From positions 1 to 40,370 of the IMG/VR virus record IMGVR_UViG_3300012001_000021: a stretch of 40,370 bases of DNA, one strand, 5' to 3'. This stretch comes from a virus. Taxonomy: Duplodnaviria; Caudoviricetes. The translations under genes and the position numbers were made by a program. Under the pieces are notes generated by a model. That model worked only from the letters and a program-made list of their open reading frames with translations, made no database searches and was not told the origin of the DNA. Shown here in pieces: positions 9,072-17,258 of the stretch (positions are counted from its first letter, which is position 1; each line of letters starts with the position of its first letter).

Positions 9072-9591
9072 AGAGTCGTTGATACTGCTTATACGGATTA
9101 GGGATTTTAAACATCTCTATCCAGTAATTAACATAATCAGGATTAGCTAGAAGCGGCTCATCAGTTGGTAGTATCTTTATAACTACAGGGATATTATTAC
9201 AGCTAAAGGTTATTATATCCGTTGCAACAACTACATTTCTTGCCCAGTGATCAAGTATTGAGATATGAGCATCAGTTACCTCGCTGCGCTTAATAGCTAG
9301 CTCTATTTGATCATCTCCTGTTAGCTCTTCTTCTTGACTCATAGCATGCTTTAAAGTTTTACCCCACAATACATAAGGGATATCACACCTCTCTAGGTAA
9401 TCAGCCGCCATCATTAAGACGTCTCTAAGTTGTTCGTGTGTATATGTGGATAACTTAGGGGATATCTCTTGAGGTTTCTCGATAATAGGATCAACAATAC
9501 CAGGTGTTGGCTCGGTTACTTCATTTGCTATCTCCTCAGCTATCTTAAGTAAGTCTTGCTTAGTATCAATTATCATCGTTTGGTTGTTCAT
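9064..9591 (-). CDS. Degenerate LicD-like nucleotidyltransferase-fold protein
   Basis: LERCDIPYVLWGKTL...GDDQIELAI resembles LicD I.Y.L..GTLLGA...DDDID; C-terminal FKIPN..QRLYE. Confidence 0.45.
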   Translation of the reverse strand: MNNQTMIIDTKQDLLKIAEEIANEVTEPTPGIVDPIIEKPQEISPKLSTYTHEQLRDVLMMAADYLERCDIPYVLWGKTLKHAMSQEEELTGDDQIELAIKRSEVTDAHISILDHWARNVVVATDIITFSCNNIPVVIKILPTDEPLLANPDYVNYWIEMFKIPNPYKQYQRLYE

Positions 9592-10891
9592 ACTCTATAT
9601 AATCATCAGGCTTTGTTCCTGATAAAGCACCTTTATACATCTTCTCAATAATTGTATCATCTCGTTGCTTAAGCTCTTTATAAAGAGGTTGGAGAGTCCA
9701 AATAGCCAAAGCGTGAGATATAACGACATCATCATGAAGCCCTTGGGGTGCGTTATAACGTGTCTTTCCTGTAATAGATATGTCATAGGTAAAGTTAGTA
9801 AATTCTTTTAGAGTCTCATCTAATGGTAGCATAAGAAAGCGCTTTTGTTCTATCCAGATGATTAGTTTCTCTATCATTTCTTTTTTTCTTTCATTTGTCA
9901 ACTTAACAGGCTCAACGGCCACACCTATACGAACTAGGTCATCAACAATAGGATCACCCAACCCTGTAGCATCTGCCATAACAAGAGCGTTATTATAATG
10001 CTTTGCAATAGCGGCTATCTTTTTCTTCTGCAGCGTCCAGTCAAGGGTATTAAATCTATCTTGATAAACTTGACAGTTATTCATTCGGTCATAAACACTA
10101 ATAACCGTATAATCCTGTACTCTCGCTAGGTCTAATCCAATAACATACATATGAGCTTGTTGTGGCTCTTGGGGGACTGAGCGCATGATAGCTCTGATAT
10201 TTCTAAAGACGATACCCGAATCGTCCATAAACTGAGCATAAATCTCTTGTAAGATAACCCTTTCGGGCATATCCTTAATTTCATTTGCGATTAGCTCTTT
10301 GTCTAAATAAGGATTATCGAAGGTGGAAAAGTGAAGCGTTGCATACATCTCATTAGGTGTAACACCCTTCTCAGCTAACTCGTAAAATACACCCTTACCT
10401 TTAGGTGTACCGCCAATTACTCCTCTAGCCTTATAGTCCCATAACATCGGGCGGATAGCGTTACTCCAAAGGTAGGGATCTTTTAAAACAATTCCCGCTT
10501 CGTTTATAAAGAACTTATCATAGCCAAACCCCTCGATATTCTCTGGTCTGTCACTTGATCTAAAGTCTATATAAGCGTCTTTGATCATGACGATCTTATC
10601 TTGTTTACGCCACCTCCACATGCTATCGGGTAGTTTCTTTAAATGGGGTAAGAAGTAGCGTTCTATATAACGATCAATATTGGTATTGACTGTGTCGATC
10701 CATAGAGCCTTAGAGTACTTTCCCATTAGCGCCTCTTCTATAAAGTTATTGGCCGCACCTTTGGTTAGGCCAAATCGTCTCCCTTTGGGAACGATGGTAT
10801 ATCTGGATTTTTGCGAAAATATCTTTTCTTGGGCCGGGAAGTTAAGTATGGGTAGCTCTATATGAACTTTTTTCGGCGGATATTGAAACAT
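9566..10891 (-). CDS. terL: Terminase large subunit
   Basis: Walker A KGRRFGLT, Walker B FFINEA, coupling GGTPKG, nuclease IGLDLARVQDYT and HDDVVIS; start moved to MFQYPP, 6 nt after TATACT. Confidence 0.93.
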   Translation of the reverse strand: MFQYPPKKVHIELPILNFPAQEKIFSQKSRYTIVPKGRRFGLTKGAANNFIEEALMGKYSKALWIDTVNTNIDRYIERYFLPHLKKLPDSMWRWRKQDKIVMIKDAYIDFRSSDRPENIEGFGYDKFFINEAGIVLKDPYLWSNAIRPMLWDYKARGVIGGTPKGKGVFYELAEKGVTPNEMYATLHFSTFDNPYLDKELIANEIKDMPERVILQEIYAQFMDDSGIVFRNIRAIMRSVPQEPQQAHMYVIGLDLARVQDYTVISVYDRMNNCQVYQDRFNTLDWTLQKKKIAAIAKHYNNALVMADATGLGDPIVDDLVRIGVAVEPVKLTNERKKEMIEKLIIWIEQKRFLMLPLDETLKEFTNFTYDISITGKTRYNAPQGLHDDVVISHALAIWTLQPLYKELKQRDDTIIEKMYKGALSGTKPDDYIEYEQPNDDN

Positions 10892-11172
10892 GTGTCTAGT
10901 ATACACGCTATTATTAGCTTTTCCGGTGTAAATCGGGTAGGATAACGCACTATTGAGTGATTATACTCATAGTTTGTATAGTCGATGGCATATAGTCGCT
11001 TTCATTCTCGAAGCCATCCAAGTCTCACATCTTACAAGTTTCTCTTGTTATCGAGTGTCATTGTAAGTCGGTTAGTCAGAGACAAACCAAATCGTTTAGG
11101 GCGGTATTTTGTCAGCCATACCGCAGGCATCCCTTATGTCCCCCCTTCTTTTATATAGCGCTAGTATTGCGC

Positions 11173-11427
11173 TTAGGCTAGGGGCGCTCTCGCTTTGGTC
11201 GCCTCTTCTTGTAACTTAGATTCAACCTTATTATTTAAGCGATCAACTAGCTCCGAGAGGATACGAGTAGGGATATCATTAAAACATTTAACCTTAGCGT
11301 ACTTAATAGCTCGTTTCTTTATAAGTTCAGTAGAATGACCTAATTCACCCGCTAACACAAAGAACATCGCTCGCTGTTGTGGCGAGTGAAGAGAGATAGG
11401 ATTATGTTTATGATTATGTTCAGCCAT
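11173..11427 (-). CDS. Hypothetical protein behind a leader hairpin
   Basis: 84-aa ORF; ATG directly follows a hairpin and T run. Confidence 0.7.
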   Translation of the reverse strand: MAEHNHKHNPISLHSPQQRAMFFVLAGELGHSTELIKKRAIKYAKVKCFNDIPTRILSELVDRLNNKVESKLQEEATKARAPLA

Positions 11428-11539
11428 AAAAAAGACCCCTTAATCCCGGTACGGTACAGTTTGCAACTAAGAAACCGTACCAAGACTAAAAGGTCTTGTG
11501 TTGCAAATCTGATTACGTATATTATATCACGCTTGTCAA
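11428..11539 (-). promoter_or_regulatory. Promoter plus attenuator-like structured leader
   Basis: TTGACA at 11539-11534; 23-bp stem 11433-11455/11474-11496 with G-U pairs, then T run, then ATG. Confidence 0.7.
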
Positions 11540-11665
11540 CTATTCCTCAACTATCTCTTGCTTTTTAATCTGATAACCAATAAGAATCGGGGCAATGATA
11601 GCTTTCCATACCAAAGTATCTTTAGCTACTTCATAAGTTAAACCCTCTAATTCACTTAACTGCAT
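11540..11665 (-). CDS. Small hypothetical protein (41 aa)
   Basis: MQLSELEGLTYEVAKDTLVWKAIIAPILIGYQIKKQEIVEE fills the gap after terS. Confidence 0.45.
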   Translation of the reverse strand: MQLSELEGLTYEVAKDTLVWKAIIAPILIGYQIKKQEIVEE

Positions 11666-11670
11666 ATTCG

Positions 11671-12372
11671 TTACTCTTCCCCTACCACTTCCTGCTTTTG
11701 CTTAACAATGTCAATAACCATTGCTAAAGGTGCTCCTTCATTACCTGTAACCTCTTGTCTATCAGTCCATTTGTGCTTATTCTTCATGTTAAATATCCAT
11801 GCTGCAGTATTAAATCCGTCTATCTGACCAACTGATCCACCTACGCCTAGTTTCTCCCAAAATAGGAGTGATTTAGCCACGCCATTTTTATGAGCATCGG
11901 AAAAGAGAGGGTAAACTGACTTCCATTCATAGAGCGTATCTTTATTAACATCAATCAATCCTGCAAATGATTCAAAGGTAAATCCCTTATTCATGTGATC
12001 TACTAATTCTTGTGGGTAAGTATCTTTATATTTAGTAGGTCTGCCTCCTGGGTCAGGTGTTGGAGTTGCTTCTATTGTAGGCTCAGCAACAGGAGTCTCT
12101 ATAACTGGTTCAGGAGTAGGATTAACTGTATCTGTAGGTACTGCAGCTCCTTCAGGCGTAGGCGTAGTAGTTCCCTCATTAGCTACTCCTTCAGTAGGTG
12201 GTGTAACGATCTCAGCTTGAGGCGCAGGATCAGGTACAACAGGCTTATCTAACACCTTCCCACAGACTAAACAATTCTCTAGTCCATCGGGATATTGACA
12301 CTCATGAGGATCAACAGGGAGTGCTTCAGGAGGGGTAGCTTGTACTTCTTCCATAGGGGTAGATTCGTCCAT
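11671..12372 (-). CDS. terS: Terminase small subunit with long N-terminal P/E/T-rich extension
   Basis: GRPTKY...HTH (ESFAGLIDVNKDTLYEW)...AWIFNMKNKHKWTDRQEVTG; start at MDESTP after TTGACA-N18-TACCAT. Confidence 0.8.
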   Translation of the reverse strand: MDESTPMEEVQATPPEALPVDPHECQYPDGLENCLVCGKVLDKPVVPDPAPQAEIVTPPTEGVANEGTTTPTPEGAAVPTDTVNPTPEPVIETPVAEPTIEATPTPDPGGRPTKYKDTYPQELVDHMNKGFTFESFAGLIDVNKDTLYEWKSVYPLFSDAHKNGVAKSLLFWEKLGVGGSVGQIDGFNTAAWIFNMKNKHKWTDRQEVTGNEGAPLAMVIDIVKQKQEVVGEE

Positions 12373-12376
12373 ATGC

Positions 12377-12574
12377 TTATGGTAATAGACTAGGAGAGGT
12401 CTTGTCAAGCCTTACTTTCTTTACACTCTTATAGCTTCGTTTTCTGATAAGATTAATATGTATTCGATGCTCCTCGCAGTATCGTTTTGATCTCTTTGAT
12501 ACTGGTTTACCACACGTCATACACGTGCCTAGCTCTTTTTGTTTCAATTGCCAAAGTCGTTGTCTACTTACCAT
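12377..12574 (-). CDS. Small basic Zn-finger protein
   Basis: CMTCG...YCEEH. Confidence 0.6.
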   Translation of the reverse strand: MVSRQRLWQLKQKELGTCMTCGKPVSKRSKRYCEEHRIHINLIRKRSYKSVKKVRLDKTSPSLLP

Positions 12575-12576
12575 AC

Positions 12577-12807
12577 TTAATTTTTAAGCTTTACTCTCTC
12601 ATGTTTAGCTAGTGTTTTTCTAATAAGTACATCAATCTTACCCATTTTCTTTAAGTCAGCCTTTGTCCTAGGTTTATTAGCAGCTTGGGGAATTACTTTC
12701 TCTTCTCGTCCACAATTTAGACACATCATTGTATATCCATAGGTAGGATCGTAATGAATATTGGTTTCAAAGCTGCGACATGTGAGACAAAGTAAGGCAA
12801 AAATCAT
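12577..12807 (-). CDS. Small Zn-ribbon protein
   Basis: CLTC...CLNCG. Confidence 0.6.
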   Translation of the reverse strand: MIFALLCLTCRSFETNIHYDPTYGYTMMCLNCGREEKVIPQAANKPRTKADLKKMGKIDVLIRKTLAKHERVKLKN

Positions 12808-13280
12808 CGTTTTAAATTAATATAAGAGGCTTTTTTACCTTCTAGTGCTAGTTTAGTTACTTCTTCTAGCTGTTTACTGTCTATAGGCCAACAAGATTGA
12901 ATATTCTCTAGTTGCTGCATAAACTTATAATCATCAGTTGCATCATGTGAGTATCCGTCATGAGTGTAATCTTTTCCTCTACCTGAACCTACCAGAATAA
13001 CAGGTATAGACTCATGATTTATATACGTTCTGATCGTCTCAAATCCTCTATAAAGTAAAAATGGTGTTATTGAATAACAGATAGGCTTCTTACCAGATAG
13101 CGCTAAACCTACACCTATATCTAGCAGTGTCTGTTCAGCGGCACCTACATTAATAAATCTATCGGGAAAGTCATCTCGTATCTTATCCCAAAGCCCAAAG
13201 CCTAGATCTGCAGTAACTACAATGATTGAATCATCTTTAAGCATGGCTTTATATAATAATTCAGCAAAATATTTACGCAT
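12804..13280 (-). CDS. Transketolase-like beta subunit (pyrimidine-binding domain only)
   Basis: TADLG, FPDRFINVGAAEQ, GLALSG, RGFETIR, DGYSH; lacks the transketolase C-terminal domain. Confidence 0.9.
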   Translation of the reverse strand: MRKYFAELLYKAMLKDDSIIVVTADLGFGLWDKIRDDFPDRFINVGAAEQTLLDIGVGLALSGKKPICYSITPFLLYRGFETIRTYINHESIPVILVGSGRGKDYTHDGYSHDATDDYKFMQQLENIQSCWPIDSKQLEEVTKLALEGKKASYINLKR

Positions 13281-13635
13281 GATTACTCCCTAATAAATCA
13301 ACCATATATTTAGAGAAATTATTACTCATATAATCCATTGTTTTATCGTAGGGCTTGTACCACTTCTGCCACTTGTTCTTAATAAGAAAATCTATAAATA
13401 CCTTAAACTCCTTACGGGGGAATGCGTGAGGTATAATATCCTCGATCTCTTGTGGGTGCTGCAAGTAATAATCAATCATATAGCTATCCCAGATAGCCTT
13501 GCACCAACATTTCTTGCCCTCACGCTCATAGTATCCGTCCATAGCTTTATATGATTTAAAATCACGCTTAAAGAAAATGCAGGTATTAAGCGCTTGATCT
13601 AGTTCTTGCCAAAATATTGTTGCTTCTTTTCTCAT
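13273..13635 (-). CDS. Hypothetical protein
   Basis: 120-aa ORF overlapping both neighbours. Confidence 0.7.
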   Translation of the reverse strand: MRKEATIFWQELDQALNTCIFFKRDFKSYKAMDGYYEREGKKCWCKAIWDSYMIDYYLQHPQEIEDIIPHAFPRKEFKVFIDFLIKNKWQKWYKPYDKTMDYMSNNFSKYMVDLLGSNHA

Positions 13636-13769
13636 ACTCGCTCCTCTACTCCAAATTTATCCTTAAGCTTTCTAAAAATATCCTTTTTAACTCGTGCTAC
13701 TTCTTTCTTAGTTAGGTTTCTATCAGTCGCCTGAAATATAATGCGATATGTTCTAAATTCTTTTGTCAT
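13632..13769 (-). CDS. 45-aa protein resembling the C-terminal half of the PheRS-beta FDX-ACB domain
   Basis: MTKEFRTYRIIFQATDRNLTKKEVARVKKDIFRKLKDKFGVEERV; ATGA overlaps at both ends; SD GAGGAGG. Confidence 0.6.
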   Translation of the reverse strand: MTKEFRTYRIIFQATDRNLTKKEVARVKKDIFRKLKDKFGVEERV

Positions 13770-13939
13770 AACTTTTTAAACTCCTCCTCATTAAGCATAT
13801 AAATAACTCCTGGTGGACAGTTTGGATTAGAGTAAACTGGATTCTTGCCGATAAAGCCGATAAGATCCTTTTCTGCTACGTGCATAGAGTTTTTAAACAA
13901 TGTCTCAAGCTGCTCGAGTGTTAAATTATTCTTTTTCAT
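13766..13939 (-). CDS. 57-aa protein with capsid A-domain-like motif
   Basis: MKKNNLTLEQLETLF...GKNPVYSNPNCPPGVIYMLNEEEF; ATGA overlaps at both ends. Confidence 0.6.
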   Translation of the reverse strand: MKKNNLTLEQLETLFKNSMHVAEKDLIGFIGKNPVYSNPNCPPGVIYMLNEEEFKKL

Positions 13940-14691
13940 TTTAATATCTCCATCGCTTCTTTGTGCTGTTCCTTGGACATTACAAGATAATGACCAATCT
14001 GACCCTTAAGAAAAGGAATATAATCAACATTAGTTTGGATTAAATGAAGGACGGGTGCCCTAGTATAATCTTTAAAATGCTTAATATTCTCCTTAAGAAG
14101 ATGGTGGGGTGTTGTAGTAGAAACATTCATGCCAAAAGCAGCAAAACGCTCTGATAGATCAACATGACTAGCAAATGGATGTCTCCATACATTTGTATTT
14201 AATATCTCTCCATAGGCTCCCCAGCCATTAAAATTACAAAATATTTTAAGATTAGTTAATTTCTGTTCAGCTATTACTCGTAAAGCTTCCCAAATACTCC
14301 CCTCAGCACATTCTCCATCTGAAATCAGACAGTAAACATTCTTTGATCTATCCGCTAATGCCATTCCGACTGCTATTCCTAGACCATGACCTAAGCTACC
14401 ACTTGAGCACCAGATACCGTTCTTCATATCCCTATTTGGGTGCACTCCGTGTAAATCAAATAATTCCTCAGCAGTTAATCCCGTATTTGAACTTCCATAC
14501 TTCTCTAATATTACATACAGAGCAAGTCCCGCGTGTCCGCTAGATAAAATGAAAGGTTCATCCTGTTTCTTAACGTGGTAAATTTCATCAATAATATCTA
14601 CAGCACCCAAGCACGAGCCCAGATGAGATAAGCACTTTTTATAAGAAATATCTATAATTCTTCGTTTTAAGTCCCTATTCGTTATTGGCAT
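13936..14691 (-). CDS. Transketolase-like alpha subunit (ThDP-binding N-terminal domain)
   Basis: HLGSCL, FILSSGHA, GSLGHGLGIAVGMALA, SDGECAEGSIWEA...N. Confidence 0.93.
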   Translation of the reverse strand: MPITNRDLKRRIIDISYKKCLSHLGSCLGAVDIIDEIYHVKKQDEPFILSSGHAGLALYVILEKYGSSNTGLTAEELFDLHGVHPNRDMKNGIWCSSGSLGHGLGIAVGMALADRSKNVYCLISDGECAEGSIWEALRVIAEQKLTNLKIFCNFNGWGAYGEILNTNVWRHPFASHVDLSERFAAFGMNVSTTTPHHLLKENIKHFKDYTRAPVLHLIQTNVDYIPFLKGQIGHYLVMSKEQHKEAMEILK

Positions 14692-15505
14692 CTACCATCC
14701 CTCCTATAATATCCGGTAACTTCTCTTTCTGTTTCCAGCCTAAAGATTTAATAAGTGTTGGATCAGCTACCCAGTCGTTAGTATCATACGAGCGCGGAGA
14801 ACCCAAACTTACCGCCGCAGTCTGTCCGACTGCTTTTTCTACCAACGCTCGTATGACTGAGTTAGTGGTTTTCTCTCCCGTGCCGATAGGGATTATCTTA
14901 CCAGCAAGAGAGGAGGCGTTATCAATAATTAACATCAAAGCATCAATAAAGTCATTTACTCCGATAAAGTCATGAGTCGGCTCAGCACTAAATGGCATCT
15001 CTTTACCCGTCTTGCAGCTCTCAATAAGACGAGGAATTAAGTGAATACGATGCTCTCCCTTGCCAATAACGGTATATGGTCTAACTGAGACAATAGGCTT
15101 GCCAAAGAGATCATAATACGCTTTACACAGTCTTTCCCCCGCTGCCTTCGTTGCGCTATAAATCGTTTCATTTGCCAGAGTTACTGATGAGGAGGAAAAA
15201 TTAACTAGTAGTTTAAAAGGAATATCTTTTGAGGCCTGAAGTAAATTAACCGTACCACCGATATTAGTGTTAATGGTCGTTACTATATCTTCCTGCGTTG
15301 ATAGATTACCGAATGCCGCTAGGTGAAAGATTACATCAGGTGACTTTAGTTGAAAGTAAACCTTAAGTAGATCGGGTCGTTGTAACATATCCCGTTCAAT
15401 AGGCCACACTATCCAGCCTTCTTTTTCTAGTCTATCTACTAAGTAAGTGCCTATAAAGCCCTTTGATCCCGATACACAAGCCACCTTTTTAACTACTTTT
15501 ACCAC
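14675..15505 (-). CDS. NAD-dependent nucleotide-sugar epimerase/reductase (extended SDR)
   Basis: GSKGFIG, VIFHLAA, FSSSS, YSATK, HDFIGVND. Confidence 0.9.
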   Translation of the reverse strand: MVKVVKKVACVSGSKGFIGTYLVDRLEKEGWIVWPIERDMLQRPDLLKVYFQLKSPDVIFHLAAFGNLSTQEDIVTTINTNIGGTVNLLQASKDIPFKLLVNFSSSSVTLANETIYSATKAAGERLCKAYYDLFGKPIVSVRPYTVIGKGEHRIHLIPRLIESCKTGKEMPFSAEPTHDFIGVNDFIDALMLIIDNASSLAGKIIPIGTGEKTTNSVIRALVEKAVGQTAAVSLGSPRSYDTNDWVADPTLIKSLGWKQKEKLPDIIGGMVDANNE

Positions 15506-15729
15506 ACCCCTCCTTGATCTGCTTTGATATAGACAACCTCTTTACAATCGTTACAACGAACCCTCAAATTAGTTCCTGAGATACGGGTATAGTAGTTTCT
15601 AAAGCGTTTGATGAGGATATCATTGCCGTCTATTTCAGCGAGGATTACTTTCTTTCCATTTACTTCACAATTAGGGCAACTGAGAAGATTTTTAACCATA
15701 GATTTACTATATATAGTTACTTGACGCAT
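15499..15729 (-). CDS. Zn-ribbon protein
   Basis: CPNC...CNDC. Confidence 0.65.
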   Translation of the reverse strand: MRQVTIYSKSMVKNLLSCPNCEVNGKKVILAEIDGNDILIKRFRNYYTRISGTNLRVRCNDCKEVVYIKADQGGVW

Positions 15730-15730
15730 G

Positions 15731-15871
15731 TCAACTAGTGAGGTAAATTCCCTTAGTTGTTATGCCGCTGCGTTGGTTTTTAGCAATGGCCTTAATTGAC
15801 TCTTGCTCTATAAACTTTTTAAGACAGCGGGGGCAATAATTTGCGTTGCGTTTATGGCTGCATTGCTTCAT
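15731..15871 (-). CDS. Small Zn-binding protein (46 aa)
   Basis: MKQCSHKRNANYCPRCLKK...; preceded by TTGACA-N19-TATACT. Confidence 0.55.
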   Translation of the reverse strand: MKQCSHKRNANYCPRCLKKFIEQESIKAIAKNQRSGITTKGIYLTS

Positions 15872-15913
15872 AGTCTGATACAGTATAACCAAACGTACTG
15901 CCCCCTTGTCAAG

Positions 15914-16096
15914 TTATAACTTAACGATAAAACCTACCGCAAAGATAATGAGTAAGCAAACGATTAATAAGACGATTTTAAATGTCTCATTTGCCTTAGG
16001 GTCTTTAACTAATGTGTCAATTAGTATATTAAAGAAAAAATAAATAAAGAAAGCGACCACTAAACGAACAACGATATTATTCATATCAAGTGTCAT
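15914..16096 (-). CDS. Small two-TM membrane protein
   Basis: Two hydrophobic helices; SD GGAGGAGGTGA. Confidence 0.7.
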   Translation of the reverse strand: MTLDMNNIVVRLVVAFFIYFFFNILIDTLVKDPKANETFKIVLLIVCLLIIFAVGFIVKL

Positions 16097-16284
16097 AAAT
16101 AATCACCTCCTCCCAATCTCCTACTAGCTTTAAATGTCTCTTTAAACGCTTGTGGTATCTTACCCGTTCCTGAGCAAGTAGGGCATTTAATAAGTCTTAT
16201 TGAGGGATGTTTAAAACGAGGAGTAGCAGGCTTAAAATGTAAGCAACGGGTACAGTTTCTTTTTGCTTGATGTATGCAAGTCAT
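16093..16284 (-). CDS. Small Cys-rich protein
   Basis: CIH..CTRC and CPTCSGTG. Confidence 0.6.
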   Translation of the reverse strand: MTCIHQAKRNCTRCLHFKPATPRFKHPSIRLIKCPTCSGTGKIPQAFKETFKASRRLGGGDYL

Positions 16285-16904
16285 GCTTTCTTAGGCTTAA
16301 AGCTTGTCCCACATGAGGGGCAAGTTACCTCCTTATTATCAGTCTTCTTTTCTGGTGGCATCTCAACGCTTTTAATAAGAATATCTTGCAGCGTAGGTAA
16401 ACTGGAAAGATTAATCGCATAATCTACGGAATTAATATCAAACTGATCTATGGCTTGAAAAATATCAGTTGTATAATGTCCTGAGGTATCATTATCTGCT
16501 AGTCCATACTCCATGACAGCTTGCTCAATAGTTTTAAAGACCTTAGGCTGCTCTTCTTCATCAATGATTACGATTACTCCCCCGTCTTTATTAATAAAAT
16601 CTAAATAAGAGACTTTAGGAAGTTTTGCTTTCTCAATAATAATTGATGCTAGCTCTTCTGAGATATCTCTATTAATCTCTGTTTTAATATAGTCTTGGAT
16701 ATCAAACGGCTGCATCTGGGATATCTCTTTGTAGACTTGATAACGGGTATGACCTCCCACAATCATCTTCTGTTTAGTAACAAGGAGAGGTTTAAACTGT
16801 CCGAGAGTAATTATCTGTTTCTTTGTGCGTTGAAATGCCTCGGGAGAAATGTCCTTGTTGTTATGAGGGTTAAGCGTTAATTCGGTTAGTAATAAATGAT
16901 CCAT
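16281..16904 (-). CDS. ParB/Srx N-terminal domain protein
   Basis: LNPHN...GQFKPLLV...IVGGHTR...LADN; C-terminal CPSCG. Confidence 0.8.
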   Translation of the reverse strand: MDHLLLTELTLNPHNNKDISPEAFQRTKKQIITLGQFKPLLVTKQKMIVGGHTRYQVYKEISQMQPFDIQDYIKTEINRDISEELASIIIEKAKLPKVSYLDFINKDGGVIVIIDEEEQPKVFKTIEQAVMEYGLADNDTSGHYTTDIFQAIDQFDINSVDYAINLSSLPTLQDILIKSVEMPPEKKTDNKEVTCPSCGTSFKPKKA

Positions 16905-16963
16905 AAACTATAAAAGAGTCCTTCGACCCTCTTATAGTAATAAATCCCTTTATGTTTAGCAAG

Positions 16964-17200
16964 TTACTTTGCTGTAGGACTTGCGACCTTAATAGGAAAA
17001 CTTGCCTTAGGACTAATCTTAGGGCTAATTGTTGCTGCCGGCGTAGCTGTTGGAGTAAGTGTAACTACGGGAGTAGTATCAACAACAAAAACCTTGTTTA
17101 AAACAGCTTTTTTAACACTCTCTACTGATACCAGTATAGAGACTAGTAAGAGACAGACAATGACAAAGCCAACGAGGAGTTTAAATTCTTTAGTAAACAT
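16964..17200 (-). CDS. Membrane-anchored protein with P/T-rich tail
   Basis: N-terminal TM then TPTATPAATISP; own promoter TTGACA-N17-TACGCT and SD AGGTGGTGA. Confidence 0.75.
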   Translation of the reverse strand: MFTKEFKLLVGFVIVCLLLVSILVSVESVKKAVLNKVFVVDTTPVVTLTPTATPAATISPKISPKASFPIKVASPTAK

Positions 17201-17258
17201 TAATAAATCACCACCTTACTGTTAAGTTAAGCGTAGTAAATTGTAATGAGGTTGTCAA

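Noticed and set aside
10915-11172. Group I intron, hammerhead or tRNA in the terL upstream region
   Set aside because: Only isolated look-alike words; no complete core could be built
16281-16904. ParB as a plasmid-prophage partition system
   Set aside because: Only the N-terminal ParB/Srx domain is present; no HTH and no ParA
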